A stretch of DNA of 37,353 nt from a virus (taxonomy: Duplodnaviria > Caudoviricetes): positions 1 to 37,353 of the IMG/VR virus record IMGVR_UViG_3300036778_000047; one strand, written 5' to 3'. Below are positions 1 through 6,833 of the stretch, one piece after another; position 1 is the first letter of the stretch; the number at the start of each line of letters is the position of its first letter. The position numbers and the translations under genes are program-made. The notes under the pieces were generated by a model. It worked only from the letters and a program-made list of their open reading frames with translations, had not been told where the DNA came from and did not search any database.

Positions 1-152
1 ATGCGGGCTTGTGAGTGCACCGCCCGGTCGAGCCATTCGCCGACTGTCAGCCCGGCCCGCGTGGCGCAAGTCCTCACGAGATGGCGGCTCGCCACCGGAA
101 AGCCCCTGACCAGGAACTGCGCTTTATCGCCTGTTTCGGCGTCGTCCGACAT
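1..152 (-). CDS. Partial small DNA-binding-like protein (ribbon-helix-helix-like), runs off the left edge
   Basis: Manual translation from ATG 152 gives MSDDAETGDKAQFLVRGFPVASRHLVRTCATRAGLTVGEWLDRAVHSQAR, a strand-helix-helix pattern with GLTVGEWL; GAGGG RBS-like sequence upstream. Not in the ORF track. Confidence 0.55.
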   Translation of the reverse strand, partial: MSDDAETGDKAQFLVRGFPVASRHLVRTCATRAGLTVGEWLDRAVHSQAR

Positions 153-177
153 GATCCGCACCCTCTGTTTGCCCGCG

Positions 178-229
178 TGTTATACGCTTTTCGGGGCAAT
201 GTTATACAAGAGGGGGAAATTGTATAACA
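178..229. promoter_or_regulatory. Operator-like inverted repeat TGTTATACAA-N10-TTGTATAACA plus a third half-site
   Basis: Perfect 10-bp inverted repeat at 200-209 and 220-229, and TGTTATAC at 178-185, in the AT-rich gap upstream of the ORF starting at 152. Confidence 0.65.
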
Positions 230-237
230 GGCGGAAG

Positions 238-444
238 TCACGAGATGATTTTCATGAACGCGGCCCCGGCTGCGAACAGCGCGGCGCCTGCGGTCATGCC
301 GGATACCAGCAGCGCCAACGGGGCGAGGGAGATTTCCTGTCGCTTGCGTTCAGTGTCGGCGCGCTTCTGATCGATGTCGGCGATGATCTGCCGGATTTTG
401 AGCGCGTCGAGATCCGGCGTGTCGTCACTCATAGGGGTCACCAC
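238..444 (-). CDS. Small coiled-coil protein with C-terminal membrane anchor (start may be ATG 432)
   Basis: IRQIIADIDQKRADTE followed by hydrophobic LALLVSGMTAGAALFAAGAAFM; similar to 2055-2264. Confidence 0.7.
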   Translation of the reverse strand: MVTPMSDDTPDLDALKIRQIIADIDQKRADTERKRQEISLAPLALLVSGMTAGAALFAAGAAFMKIIS

Positions 445-545
445 ACTCCGCTAAGCTGGCGGCGCAGCTCACGCGCCTGCAGCCGGTCGCGGTGCCACGA
501 TCGCAGGCGCTGTGGGAGGCGATGGACAAGGCGGAAGATCGGCAT
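438..545 (-). CDS. 35-aa Arg-rich peptide, loosely DUF1127-like
   Basis: Manual translation MPIFRLVHRLPQRLRSWHRDRLQARELRRQLSGVW; preceded by the ACACCAGACGGAGAA leader also found before the ORF at 1290. Confidence 0.4.
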   Translation of the reverse strand: MPIFRLVHRLPQRLRSWHRDRLQARELRRQLSGVW

Positions 546-569
546 GGGGGGTAATTCTCCGTCTGGTGT

Positions 570-923
570 TCAGTCTTGCTGACCGGCCGATTTGCCAGCC
601 GTCTTGAGGATAGACGGCCACAGCGCGAGGAAGATTTGCGCCTCATCGTCGCCGGCCTCGGCGTCGGCTGTCAGCCGCGAGATTTCAGCGTCATTGCGCA
701 GCCGGCGGATGGCCGGAACAACCTCGATCGCCTGGAAGCGGTCTGCCGTCGATTCTGAGGCGGCGGCGTCAGCCGCTTCGCGGCTATCGAAGTAGGCAAA
801 GCTGGTGGCGTTGAACTTGTTCAGCCATGCAACCGCCCAGCTAGCATTCCAGAGGCGCGAGGAAGCCGGAAGGCTGTCGGCTTTGCCGAAGGCGCTGGCT
901 TCGATCATGTGTGTTGCGACCAT
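570..923 (-). CDS. Hypothetical protein
   Basis: 117-aa ORF with GGAG upstream of the ATG; lies in the leftward accessory operon. Confidence 0.6.
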   Translation of the reverse strand: MVATHMIEASAFGKADSLPASSRLWNASWAVAWLNKFNATSFAYFDSREAADAAASESTADRFQAIEVVPAIRRLRNDAEISRLTADAEAGDDEAQIFLALWPSILKTAGKSAGQQD

Positions 924-1001
924 CTTACCCGCTCCGTCCGTTTGGTGTTCTCAAAACTGTTGCCCGATACTTTACTTAGCCTCGGTGCCGGGCTCTCCCC
1001 T

Positions 1002-1019
1002 CGGTCAGCGAACTGACCG
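1002..1019 (-). terminator. Hairpin CGGTCAG-TTCG-CTGACCG (terminator or processing stem)
   Basis: 7-bp perfect stem with a UUCG loop on the minus strand, just after the stop at 1027; no clear U-tract. Confidence 0.35.
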
Positions 1020-1026
1020 GGAACCA

Positions 1027-1290
1027 TCAGGCCGCTTGCGCGGCCTTCCTGGCGTTGTGCTCTACCTGGGCACGAGCTGGCCCCCAAATGCGCTCCAGGT
1101 TGTTCAGAAAATTTAGCTCCAACCTGGTGTAGGAGAGATGATCCTTCAAAGCATTCCGGAATTTATCGTTGGCAATCGCGCATTGGCGGCAAACTGCGGC
1201 CCAGGCTTGCACGGGCGTCTGATTGCTTCCCGAAATCGCCAAACCCTGTAACCGGCGGGCTTCGTTGTAATGGGTGAATGCTTCGTTCAT
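1027..1290 (-). CDS. Hypothetical protein (MNEAFTHYNEARR...)
   Basis: ATG 1290 with GGAG RBS; first gene after the leftward promoter. Confidence 0.6.
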   Translation of the reverse strand: MNEAFTHYNEARRLQGLAISGSNQTPVQAWAAVCRQCAIANDKFRNALKDHLSYTRLELNFLNNLERIWGPARAQVEHNARKAAQAA

Positions 1291-1320
1291 CTCAGTTCTC
1301 CGTCTGGTGTGTGTCTGTCC

Positions 1321-1364
1321 GTTGATTGACAACGTAAGCCAACGCCCTTATGGTGTCAATTAAC
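1321..1364. promoter_or_regulatory. Overlapping divergent sigma70-type promoters inside an 11-bp imperfect inverted repeat
   Basis: Plus strand: TTGACA (1326-1331)-17 nt-TATGGT (1349-1354). Minus strand: TTGACA (1359-1354)-17 nt-TACGTT (1336-1331). Arms GTTGATTGACA / TGTCAATTAAC. Confidence 0.75.
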
Positions 1365-1371
1365 AAAACAC

Positions 1372-2058
1372 ATGGGCACCAAGTTGGCTAAGTTTTATCT
1401 CTCCAACATCCGACCGGCGTGGCCGTTTGAGCGGCAAGAGGCGCTGCTCGACGCCAAGGCGCCGGGCTGGCGCTCGGGGGCGGTTTATCGTGACGCCCTC
1501 TCGGCGCGGAAACGTCAGGGGCACGGGGCGGCTGACCTGAAGCAGCGCGAGACGATGCTGCGGCCTACGCGTCGACCGGCTGGCGAGGACGTCATCGTCC
1601 CGGCGCTGCCGGTGCTGGACTGGTCGGTTAGGGGGCTGCTGGCTGTTCTGACCGCGCTATCCGAGCGCGGATCGACGCTTAAATCCCTCGATTGCGGGAC
1701 CATCGTGCCGCCCAACGACGTCGGGGCTGCCGCGGCGGCTGTGGCAGAATTCGAGCGCGCCTGTCGTCGGATCGGCGACCCCCGGCAGTCGGGCGGGATC
1801 GTATCGGGCGAGCGGCGAGCTGCCCGGGCCAAAGCGGCTTGCGAAGCGCTGAGCCCCTATTGGCGCCTCCCGAGCGCCGACTACCCGACCGCGTCGCTGC
1901 TGAAGAAATACGGCGTGTCCCGGCCCACCGCCATTGCTTACCTTGGGCCGCGCGGCGAGGCGCAGCGGGCGTACCAGCACGCCATATCAACGGCTGAACG
2001 CAACCAGGCCAGGAAGCAGAGGCGTGAGGCCCCGCAGGCAGAGAAGGAACCGGCATGA
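1372..2058 (+). CDS. Serine resolvase/invertase-like protein with degenerate active site and C-terminal HTH
   Basis: Resolvase-like order FY...ERQ..LL...VYRD.LS...R..ML...R...EDVIV..L..L..S...LL.....L..RG..L.SL; YxRVS replaced by YLSNI and DRLxR by PVLDW; HTH-like LLKKYGVSRPTAIAYL. Confidence 0.7.
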   Translation: MGTKLAKFYLSNIRPAWPFERQEALLDAKAPGWRSGAVYRDALSARKRQGHGAADLKQRETMLRPTRRPAGEDVIVPALPVLDWSVRGLLAVLTALSERGSTLKSLDCGTIVPPNDVGAAAAAVAEFERACRRIGDPRQSGGIVSGERRAARAKAACEALSPYWRLPSADYPTASLLKKYGVSRPTAIAYLGPRGEAQRAYQHAISTAERNQARKQRREAPQAEKEPA

Positions 2059-2264
2059 GCGACCTGCCAGCCGATTGGCGCGATCAGATTAACATTCGCG
2101 AGCAGATCGCCCGGATCGACCGCAACCAGGCGGAGATTCAGAAGCTCTTCGCCGAAGCGCGGAAGTTCAACCGTGATCCGTGGTTCCTGATCGCAGGCGC
2201 GATCATCGCGGCCATTGCCACGCGGTTGCCGGAAATCCTCCACGCGTTCGGAGTCGGGCCATGA
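2055..2264 (+). CDS. Small coiled-coil protein with C-terminal membrane anchor
   Basis: IREQIARIDRNQAEIQKL then hydrophobic WFLIAGAIIAAIA; ATGA overlap with the previous gene. Confidence 0.75.
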   Translation: MSDLPADWRDQINIREQIARIDRNQAEIQKLFAEARKFNRDPWFLIAGAIIAAIATRLPEILHAFGVGP

Positions 2265-2482
2265 GCGACGAACCACAAGCCGACCTATCGCTAATTGCCC
2301 GGCAGCAGCTGCAAATCCTGACCGAGATGCGCTCTATGAGCGATGACATGGCGGTTCTGACAGCCATCGTACAGCGCCTGGACGGCACCGTCTCCGGGCT
2401 GGTGAACGAGATCCGCGCGACCCATGCGCAGCAAAGTCGGCTCGACCGGCGCGTGCGCGAGCTTGAGGGAAAGCAGCAGTGA
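2261..2482 (+). CDS. Small coiled-coil protein
   Basis: Starts MSDEPQADLSLI; heptad pattern ending RLDRRVRELE; ATGA overlap. Confidence 0.75.
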   Translation: MSDEPQADLSLIARQQLQILTEMRSMSDDMAVLTAIVQRLDGTVSGLVNEIRATHAQQSRLDRRVRELEGKQQ

Positions 2483-2646
2483 GCGACAAGCAAACGATGC
2501 CGAAGCCCGTCACCTATCAACTGGCCGATGCCATTATGGAGTTAGCCGGCGCGTTGATTGATTTGCAACCACCAGAAACTCAACACGACCTCGCTGACAT
2601 CCAAGTTCGAATGCTCAAACTGAAAGAGGCAATCGACAATGGCTGA
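2479..2646 (+). CDS. Hypothetical 55-aa helical protein
   Basis: Manual translation from GTG (GTGA overlap): MSDKQTMPKPVTYQLADAIMELAGALIDLQPPETQHDLADIQVRMLKLKEAIDNG; fills the operon gap exactly. Confidence 0.65.
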   Translation: MSDKQTMPKPVTYQLADAIMELAGALIDLQPPETQHDLADIQVRMLKLKEAIDNG

Positions 2647-2896
2647 CTCACAAACGACCTGGACGTGCAATTGTCGTCAGCCTGGACTAGGGGGCGATTG
2701 CGACGGCTCATGCACGCATCCGCCCCAACAACCCTGTGAGCGTTGCGGCGGGGATGGTGGGTTTGACGAGGTAGTCGGACACGATCCGCATGGGCCTGTC
2801 AGCCAATGGTTCCGATGCCGCGCATGCGGTGGAACGGGATATTCCGACATCGAATGCGAGCGGCCCAGCATGGAGGAAATCAGCGCCAATGGATAA
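2639..2896 (+). CDS. Cys-rich protein with DnaJ-type zinc-finger motifs
   Basis: CERCGGDG and CRACGGTG (CxxCxGxG) plus extra N-terminal cysteines. Confidence 0.7.
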   Translation: MADSQTTWTCNCRQPGLGGDCDGSCTHPPQQPCERCGGDGGFDEVVGHDPHGPVSQWFRCRACGGTGYSDIECERPSMEEISANG

Positions 2897-3050
2897 CCAA
2901 ACGACCACGGACGACGAACTTCGCGACATCATTGCAGACGCCATCTGCGACGGCGCGCGCGAATGGGACGCGTGGGCAGCACCAGCTACCGCCGGCGAGC
3001 ATGTCGAAAGAGCCTTGGCGCGCATAAAGGAAATCTTCAATGCCAGATAA
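2889..3050 (+). CDS. Hypothetical protein (MDNQTTTDDELRD...)
   Basis: ATG 2889 with GGAGG RBS; overlaps the previous stop. Confidence 0.6.
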   Translation: MDNQTTTDDELRDIIADAICDGAREWDAWAAPATAGEHVERALARIKEIFNAR

Positions 3051-3061
3051 CCAAACGACCA
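2892..3061 (+). repeat. 16-bp direct repeat GATAACCAAACGACCA at consecutive gene starts
   Basis: Exact copies at 2892-2907 and 3046-3061, each preceded by AGGAAATC (2874-2881, 3028-3035). Confidence 0.85.
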
Positions 3062-3357
3062 ATCCCGATATTGCGCTTTTCGGGAAGCGCTGGGCGGCGT
3101 GGGCTGATCAGCCGTCTGGCTCTGTGATCGGCATCGTCCGATTGCTCGACCGCGTAACGCCGCTGTTCGCCGGCCATCCGCCAGCGGTTCAGGGTGCCGT
3201 GCTCGCCGAACTGCTGGCGCTCTGGCTCGCCGGGCACGCTGCGGAAGGCGATCAGGCACAGACCGATCAGCTGCGGCAAGATCTGCTTGCGGCGCACCTC
3301 GCGAGCGTGCGGGAGCTGATCCCGCTGCACGATGCCCGCATCCATGGTGGCGGATGA
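3040..3357 (+). CDS. Hypothetical protein
   Basis: 105-aa ORF with AAGGA RBS; last gene of the rightward accessory operon; converges on the methyltransferase. Confidence 0.65.
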   Translation: MPDNQTTNPDIALFGKRWAAWADQPSGSVIGIVRLLDRVTPLFAGHPPAVQGAVLAELLALWLAGHAAEGDQAQTDQLRQDLLAAHLASVRELIPLHDARIHGGG

Positions 3358-4280
3358 GCGACCAGGGCGCGGCCGATCAGCTCGGCGATCTGCGGGACAA
3401 GCGCGTTTCCGAGGCCCCGCAGTCGGTCCACCCGAGCGGGAACCCCAAAAGCCATTCGACCCACGTCGGGTTCAGGGGGCCAGGAACATGCTCGGATAGC
3501 GGCCGCGAGTTGCCCTGCGATCCCATCGAACACGACTTCCAATCCCGCGCCGTGGGCGTCGGCCACGTCCGCAATACTCGCGTCGGAAGATCGTCGTCGG
3601 ACGGCGGTCGTCGGCGCAGCGGATTCGGCCCCTTGTGATCCGTCGCACATGGCGTCGGCCACATCCTGGCCGATACCGCCTCGATCAGCGTGCCGCCCTC
3701 GCGTCCCTTCTGGGGCGTCACCCGCCCTCCTTTGTCGCCGAGGCTGGCCGTTGGCGTGGGCCACGATCCAGATCCGGTCGCGTCTGTGAGGGGCACCAAC
3801 GGCGGCAGCCGGTATGCAATGCCATTCCGCATCGTACCCGAGCGCGGCCAAGTCTCCGAGAACGTCGCCAAGCCCCCGTCCAAGCAGAGCTGCGACGTTT
3901 TCCACGATGACGAAGCGCGGTCGTAACTCGCCAACAAGACGGGCGTACTCGCGCCATAGTCCGGACCGATCGCCGGCGAGGCCAGCACCAGCCCCGGCGA
4001 GGCTGAGATCCTGGCACGGGAAGCCGCCGCAGATGACGTCAACGGCAATTCCATCTGCTGCGAGGTGCTGGGCTGATAACTGTCTGACATCAGGATAGCA
4101 TTTCACTCCCGGCCAATGCTTCGCGAGCACGCGCTGACAGTAGGGATCGATTTCGCAGAACGCGGCCGGCTGCATCCCGGCCCGTTCGAGGCCGAGGGAA
4201 AAGCCGCCGATGCCAGCGAACAGGTCGAGCACCCGCCACGGCCTCACGCCGTTAACCACCGAGTAACCAATCCCGGCCAT
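3267..4280 (-). CDS. DNA (cytosine-5)-methyltransferase, main polypeptide
   Basis: Motif I DLFAGIGG, motif IV GGFPCQD, motif VI ENV, motif VIII HRRDR, motif X LGNALVPQ. Start codon uncertain. Confidence 0.93.
   Translation of the reverse strand: MAGIGYSVVNGVRPWRVLDLFAGIGGFSLGLERAGMQPAAFCEIDPYCQRVLAKHWPGVKCYPDVRQLSAQHLAADGIAVDVICGGFPCQDLSLAGAGAGLAGDRSGLWREYARLVGELRPRFVIVENVAALLGRGLGDVLGDLAALGYDAEWHCIPAAAVGAPHRRDRIWIVAHANGQPRRQRRAGDAPEGTRGRHADRGGIGQDVADAMCDGSQGAESAAPTTAVRRRSSDASIADVADAHGAGLEVVFDGIAGQLAAAIRACSWPPEPDVGRMAFGVPARVDRLRGLGNALVPQIAELIGRALVAHPPPWMRASCSGISSRTLARCAASRSCRS
3377..4090 (-). CDS. Nested alternative-frame protein, probable second methyltransferase subunit (target recognition and motif IX)
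   Basis: 237-aa ORF fully inside the methyltransferase in another frame; three WPTP units and LNPTWVEWLLGFPLGWTD, which resembles motif IX. Confidence 0.75.
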   Translation of the reverse strand: MSDSYQPSTSQQMELPLTSSAAASRARISASPGLVLASPAIGPDYGASTPVLLASYDRASSSWKTSQLCLDGGLATFSETWPRSGTMRNGIAYRLPPLVPLTDATGSGSWPTPTASLGDKGGRVTPQKGREGGTLIEAVSARMWPTPCATDHKGPNPLRRRPPSDDDLPTRVLRTWPTPTARDWKSCSMGSQGNSRPLSEHVPGPLNPTWVEWLLGFPLGWTDCGASETRLSRRSPS

Positions 4281-4326
4281 GATGCGGGCGTCGGCCTTGT
4301 TGCTGTGCCCGGTCCAATTCGCCGAC

Positions 4327-4363
4327 CAGGAAGCCCCCGTGGGCACGCGCGGGGGCTTTCCTG
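4327..4363. other. GC-rich hairpin between the annealase and methyltransferase genes
   Basis: CAGGAAGCCCCCG ... CGGGGGCTTTCCTG inverted repeat directly after the annealase stop. Confidence 0.45.
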
Positions 4364-4365
4364 CG

Positions 4366-5250
4366 TCACAGCGCCTCGGTTTCCGCTGTATCCTCCACCG
4401 GCGTCGCGGTGCGATCGAGGGCTGCCTTGATCATGGCGTTGAGATCATCTTTTGCCCCGTTCTGCAGCCGGTCGAGCGCGCGCTGGACGTCGTCGCGGGC
4501 GATGATGGCGTCGACCGCCTCGGCGTCGGCGGCTGCGGCCAAATCCGCGCGCAGCTGGTCGAGCCATTCGCGGGCGGTGGGCTTGCGTGGCCCCGGCGCG
4601 GGCTGGTCCATGACGCGGTCGGGGATGGCGTCGTCGATCGCCTGGCCGGCAGACGTCGGCTCAGCGCGGGCGTCGAGCGTCGTGCCGCGGAACGTATCGG
4701 CCGGGATGTCCTGAGCCTCTTCTGCGGTGATCAGGCCGCGCAGCACGTCCGGGAAGGCGTCGCGCAAGGCAAAGCCCCGGGCGCGCATCTGCAGCATGCG
4801 GCGGCTGTATTGCTGCCACGGGCCGGCTTTGCCCCACAGCCCGGCACGCTTGGCGTCGGACACCGAAAACGTCTGCGTCACGGGCGAGGCGCCCCGGCGC
4901 GTGACTTTGCAGTGTGCGGCCAGGTCGTCGCCCTCGCCGGTGGTCCATTCCTCGATGTCCTGGCACAACGCCGACTGGCGGCAGAGGCCGGGCAGGGCGT
5001 CGCCCCACACTGAGGGGCGGCCGTTGACGACGCTGATATTCTGCAACGCTTGCATCGGCGCGAGGCCCAGCTCGCTGCCCATTTGCACGGCGATCACGAT
5101 CGCCTCGGGCTTGTTGGCGTAGTCGCGCGGCACCATGCCCGAGCGGGCGGCGATGTTCGCGAACTGCACCAGCTCGCCGAAGGTCTGCGGGCGGAGCACC
5201 ATGCCCATAGGGGAGGGGCGAGACGCGGCGGGTTTCGTCAGTTCGTTCAT
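4366..5250 (-). CDS. RecT-like single-strand annealing protein
   Basis: GSELGLAPMQALQNISVVNGRP, DAKRAGLWGK.GPW.QY.RRMLQMRAR.FALRDAFPDVLRGL...EE, typical of phage RecT-family annealases. Confidence 0.8.
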   Translation of the reverse strand: MNELTKPAASRPSPMGMVLRPQTFGELVQFANIAARSGMVPRDYANKPEAIVIAVQMGSELGLAPMQALQNISVVNGRPSVWGDALPGLCRQSALCQDIEEWTTGEGDDLAAHCKVTRRGASPVTQTFSVSDAKRAGLWGKAGPWQQYSRRMLQMRARGFALRDAFPDVLRGLITAEEAQDIPADTFRGTTLDARAEPTSAGQAIDDAIPDRVMDQPAPGPRKPTAREWLDQLRADLAAAADAEAVDAIIARDDVQRALDRLQNGAKDDLNAMIKAALDRTATPVEDTAETEAL

Positions 5251-5251
5251 G

Positions 5252-5779
5252 TCAGCGGGACCTCAATTGCAGCGATGGGAATGTGTTTGTCAGTTCGGCG
5301 CCCTCGATCACCTCGCCGTCTTTCAGGGCGGCCAGGATGGCGCTGCGGTCTGGCTCGCGCTTGGTCCGGATGAACCGCTCGGGCAGGGCTGCCTCATCGG
5401 TGACGATGGCGGCGGCGACGCCGGCGCGCATGACGGCGGTCACGTGGGGGAATTCTTCCTTACGCGAGCCGATCGCATCCATGATGGCGTAGGCGGTTTG
5501 CCGCAGGGTTTCGTTGCGGCGCTTGTAGCGGTCGCGCCTTGCGGTCATGTCGCTGATCATGTTGGCGGCGGCGTCGGCCATGCTGGCGGCGTGCTGGGCG
5601 GCAGTGAGCACCCGGCAGAGGATATCGCGGACGTCGCCGTCGACGGGGCCGAGCAGGGCGGCGAGGGCGTGCTCATCGTGGGCTAGATCGGCATCGTCGA
5701 CCAGCAGCCGCGCCCGGGCGGACTGCCAGGCGCTCATCGCCCGCTGGATGTGATAGCCGGAAGGGGGATCGTGGGTCAT
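5252..5779 (-). CDS. Siphovirus Gp157-like protein
   Basis: Coiled coil then VTDEAALPERFIR...PDRSAILAALKDGEVIEGAEL; next to the annealase; ATG 5779 overlaps the previous stop. Confidence 0.8.
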   Translation of the reverse strand: MTHDPPSGYHIQRAMSAWQSARARLLVDDADLAHDEHALAALLGPVDGDVRDILCRVLTAAQHAASMADAAANMISDMTARRDRYKRRNETLRQTAYAIMDAIGSRKEEFPHVTAVMRAGVAAAIVTDEAALPERFIRTKREPDRSAILAALKDGEVIEGAELTNTFPSLQLRSR

Positions 5780-5985
5780 GACATCACCAAAACTCGGTCG
5801 TCGGTTGCGAGCAGGCGGGAGCCGTCGCGGAAGGTCCAGCGGACGGCGCCAAATGCGATGATGGCCGTTTCGCTGGCGGCCTCGGCGAGCATGGCGCGGC
5901 AAACCTGATTGGTTGCCAGCTTGCAAACCGGGATCGGCTGCAGCGTCTGGGCGCAGAAGGCGAGCCAGAAATCGGCCTCGCTCAT
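5776..5985 (-). CDS. Hypothetical protein
   Basis: 69-aa ORF with ATGA overlaps at both ends. Confidence 0.6.
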   Translation of the reverse strand: MSEADFWLAFCAQTLQPIPVCKLATNQVCRAMLAEAASETAIIAFGAVRWTFRDGSRLLATDDRVLVMS

Positions 5986-6158
5986 GGCACCCGCTCGGGC
6001 GCCTCGACCTCGACGTCGCGCAAGGCGATGCGCAGCAGGGCGTCACGGACTGCCCGCAGCTTCCCCTGGCCGGGGCCAGTAGCAGGTAGTTCGGCGATGC
6101 CATCGGACAGCGCCTCGATGATCCAGGCCATCTGATTGGGGCCAATCCAGCCGCTCAT
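5982..6158 (-). CDS. Hypothetical 58-aa protein
   Basis: Manual translation MSGWIGPNQMAWIIEALSDGIAELPATGPGQGKLRAVRDALLRIALRDVEVEAPERVP; ATGA overlaps at both ends and AAGGAG RBS. Confidence 0.65.
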   Translation of the reverse strand: MSGWIGPNQMAWIIEALSDGIAELPATGPGQGKLRAVRDALLRIALRDVEVEAPERVP

Positions 6159-6481
6159 GCGTAGTACTCCTTCACTTCGTCGGCGATGGCGGCGACTGCT
6201 TGCGACTGGTTCTCATTGAACCATTGCTTGAGCGTTTCTAGTTCGGCAGAAGTGAGCGGATCGACCGGGACCAGGGCGTCGATTTCTGCACCCTCGAAGG
6301 TCACGCGGAAGTCATCGTCATCCCGGTCGTAATCGGACACCGAGAACGAGACGACAATTTCACATATATCAATCTCGCCATCCGGCGAGGCGCGCTCGAT
6401 CGTGGTGTAGATCCAGGGCGCGTGGAAAAAATTTCTGTCGTGTGTGCTCTTATTGGTCACCTGTACAGGAGCGACGCGCAT
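6155..6481 (-). CDS. Hypothetical acidic protein, first gene of the leftward early arm (start uncertain)
   Basis: The frame is open to 6721, but the upstream part overlaps operators and the promoter; the C-terminal ~108 aa look globular. Confidence 0.55.
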   Translation of the reverse strand: MRVAPVQVTNKSTHDRNFFHAPWIYTTIERASPDGEIDICEIVVSFSVSDYDRDDDDFRVTFEGAEIDALVPVDPLTSAELETLKQWFNENQSQAVAAIADEVKEYYA

Positions 6482-6693
6482 CACCTTGATATAGCCGGAT
6501 GAACGTGTAACCGGGTCGTCTGTTGTATCGACTGTAACAGTCCCGGCGGTGACTTCCTGGCAATGAGTCTCGCCCGACCCTATTGCAATCGAGTTGCGGG
6601 TCGGGACAGGCTTACAGCTTGGGAGCGCAAAGCCGATGAGGCACGGATCGAGATCGGATGTCACGGACGGAACCTCGCATGTCGCCTGCCTAA

Positions 6694-6818
6694 TGTCGGC
6701 TGTTCCGACGTCAGGAGTCAACCGCGGAATGAATAGCGTCGCAAGTTTCTTGTCGGGATGCCCGACACAAAATCGTGATGTAGAATCGAATCAGGCTGAA
6801 GTGTTGGGAGCGCCGACA
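6694..6818. promoter_or_regulatory. OL/PL-like region: three 17-bp operators and a leftward -35
   Basis: TGTCGG-N5-CCGACR-type sites at 6694-6710, 6751-6767 (perfect) and 6802-6818; TTGACT on the minus strand at 6721-6716. Confidence 0.8.
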
Positions 6819-6833
6819 GAAAACGTCGTGCGG

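Noticed and set aside
1-582. 193-aa plus-strand ORF at the window start
   Set aside because: Arg/Cys-rich shadow frame crossing an operator and better-supported minus-strand genes.
1372-2058. Phage integrase
   Set aside because: Too short for a large serine integrase, lacks catalytic motifs, and no att-like flanking repeats were identified.
2479-3357. Classical integron cassette array
   Set aside because: No tyrosine integrase and no attC palindromes; the genes overlap rather than being separated by recombination sites.
5780-6145. N-terminal extension of the Gp157-like ORF in the ORF track
   Set aside because: The region is better explained by two small coupled ORFs (5776-5985 and 5982-6158).
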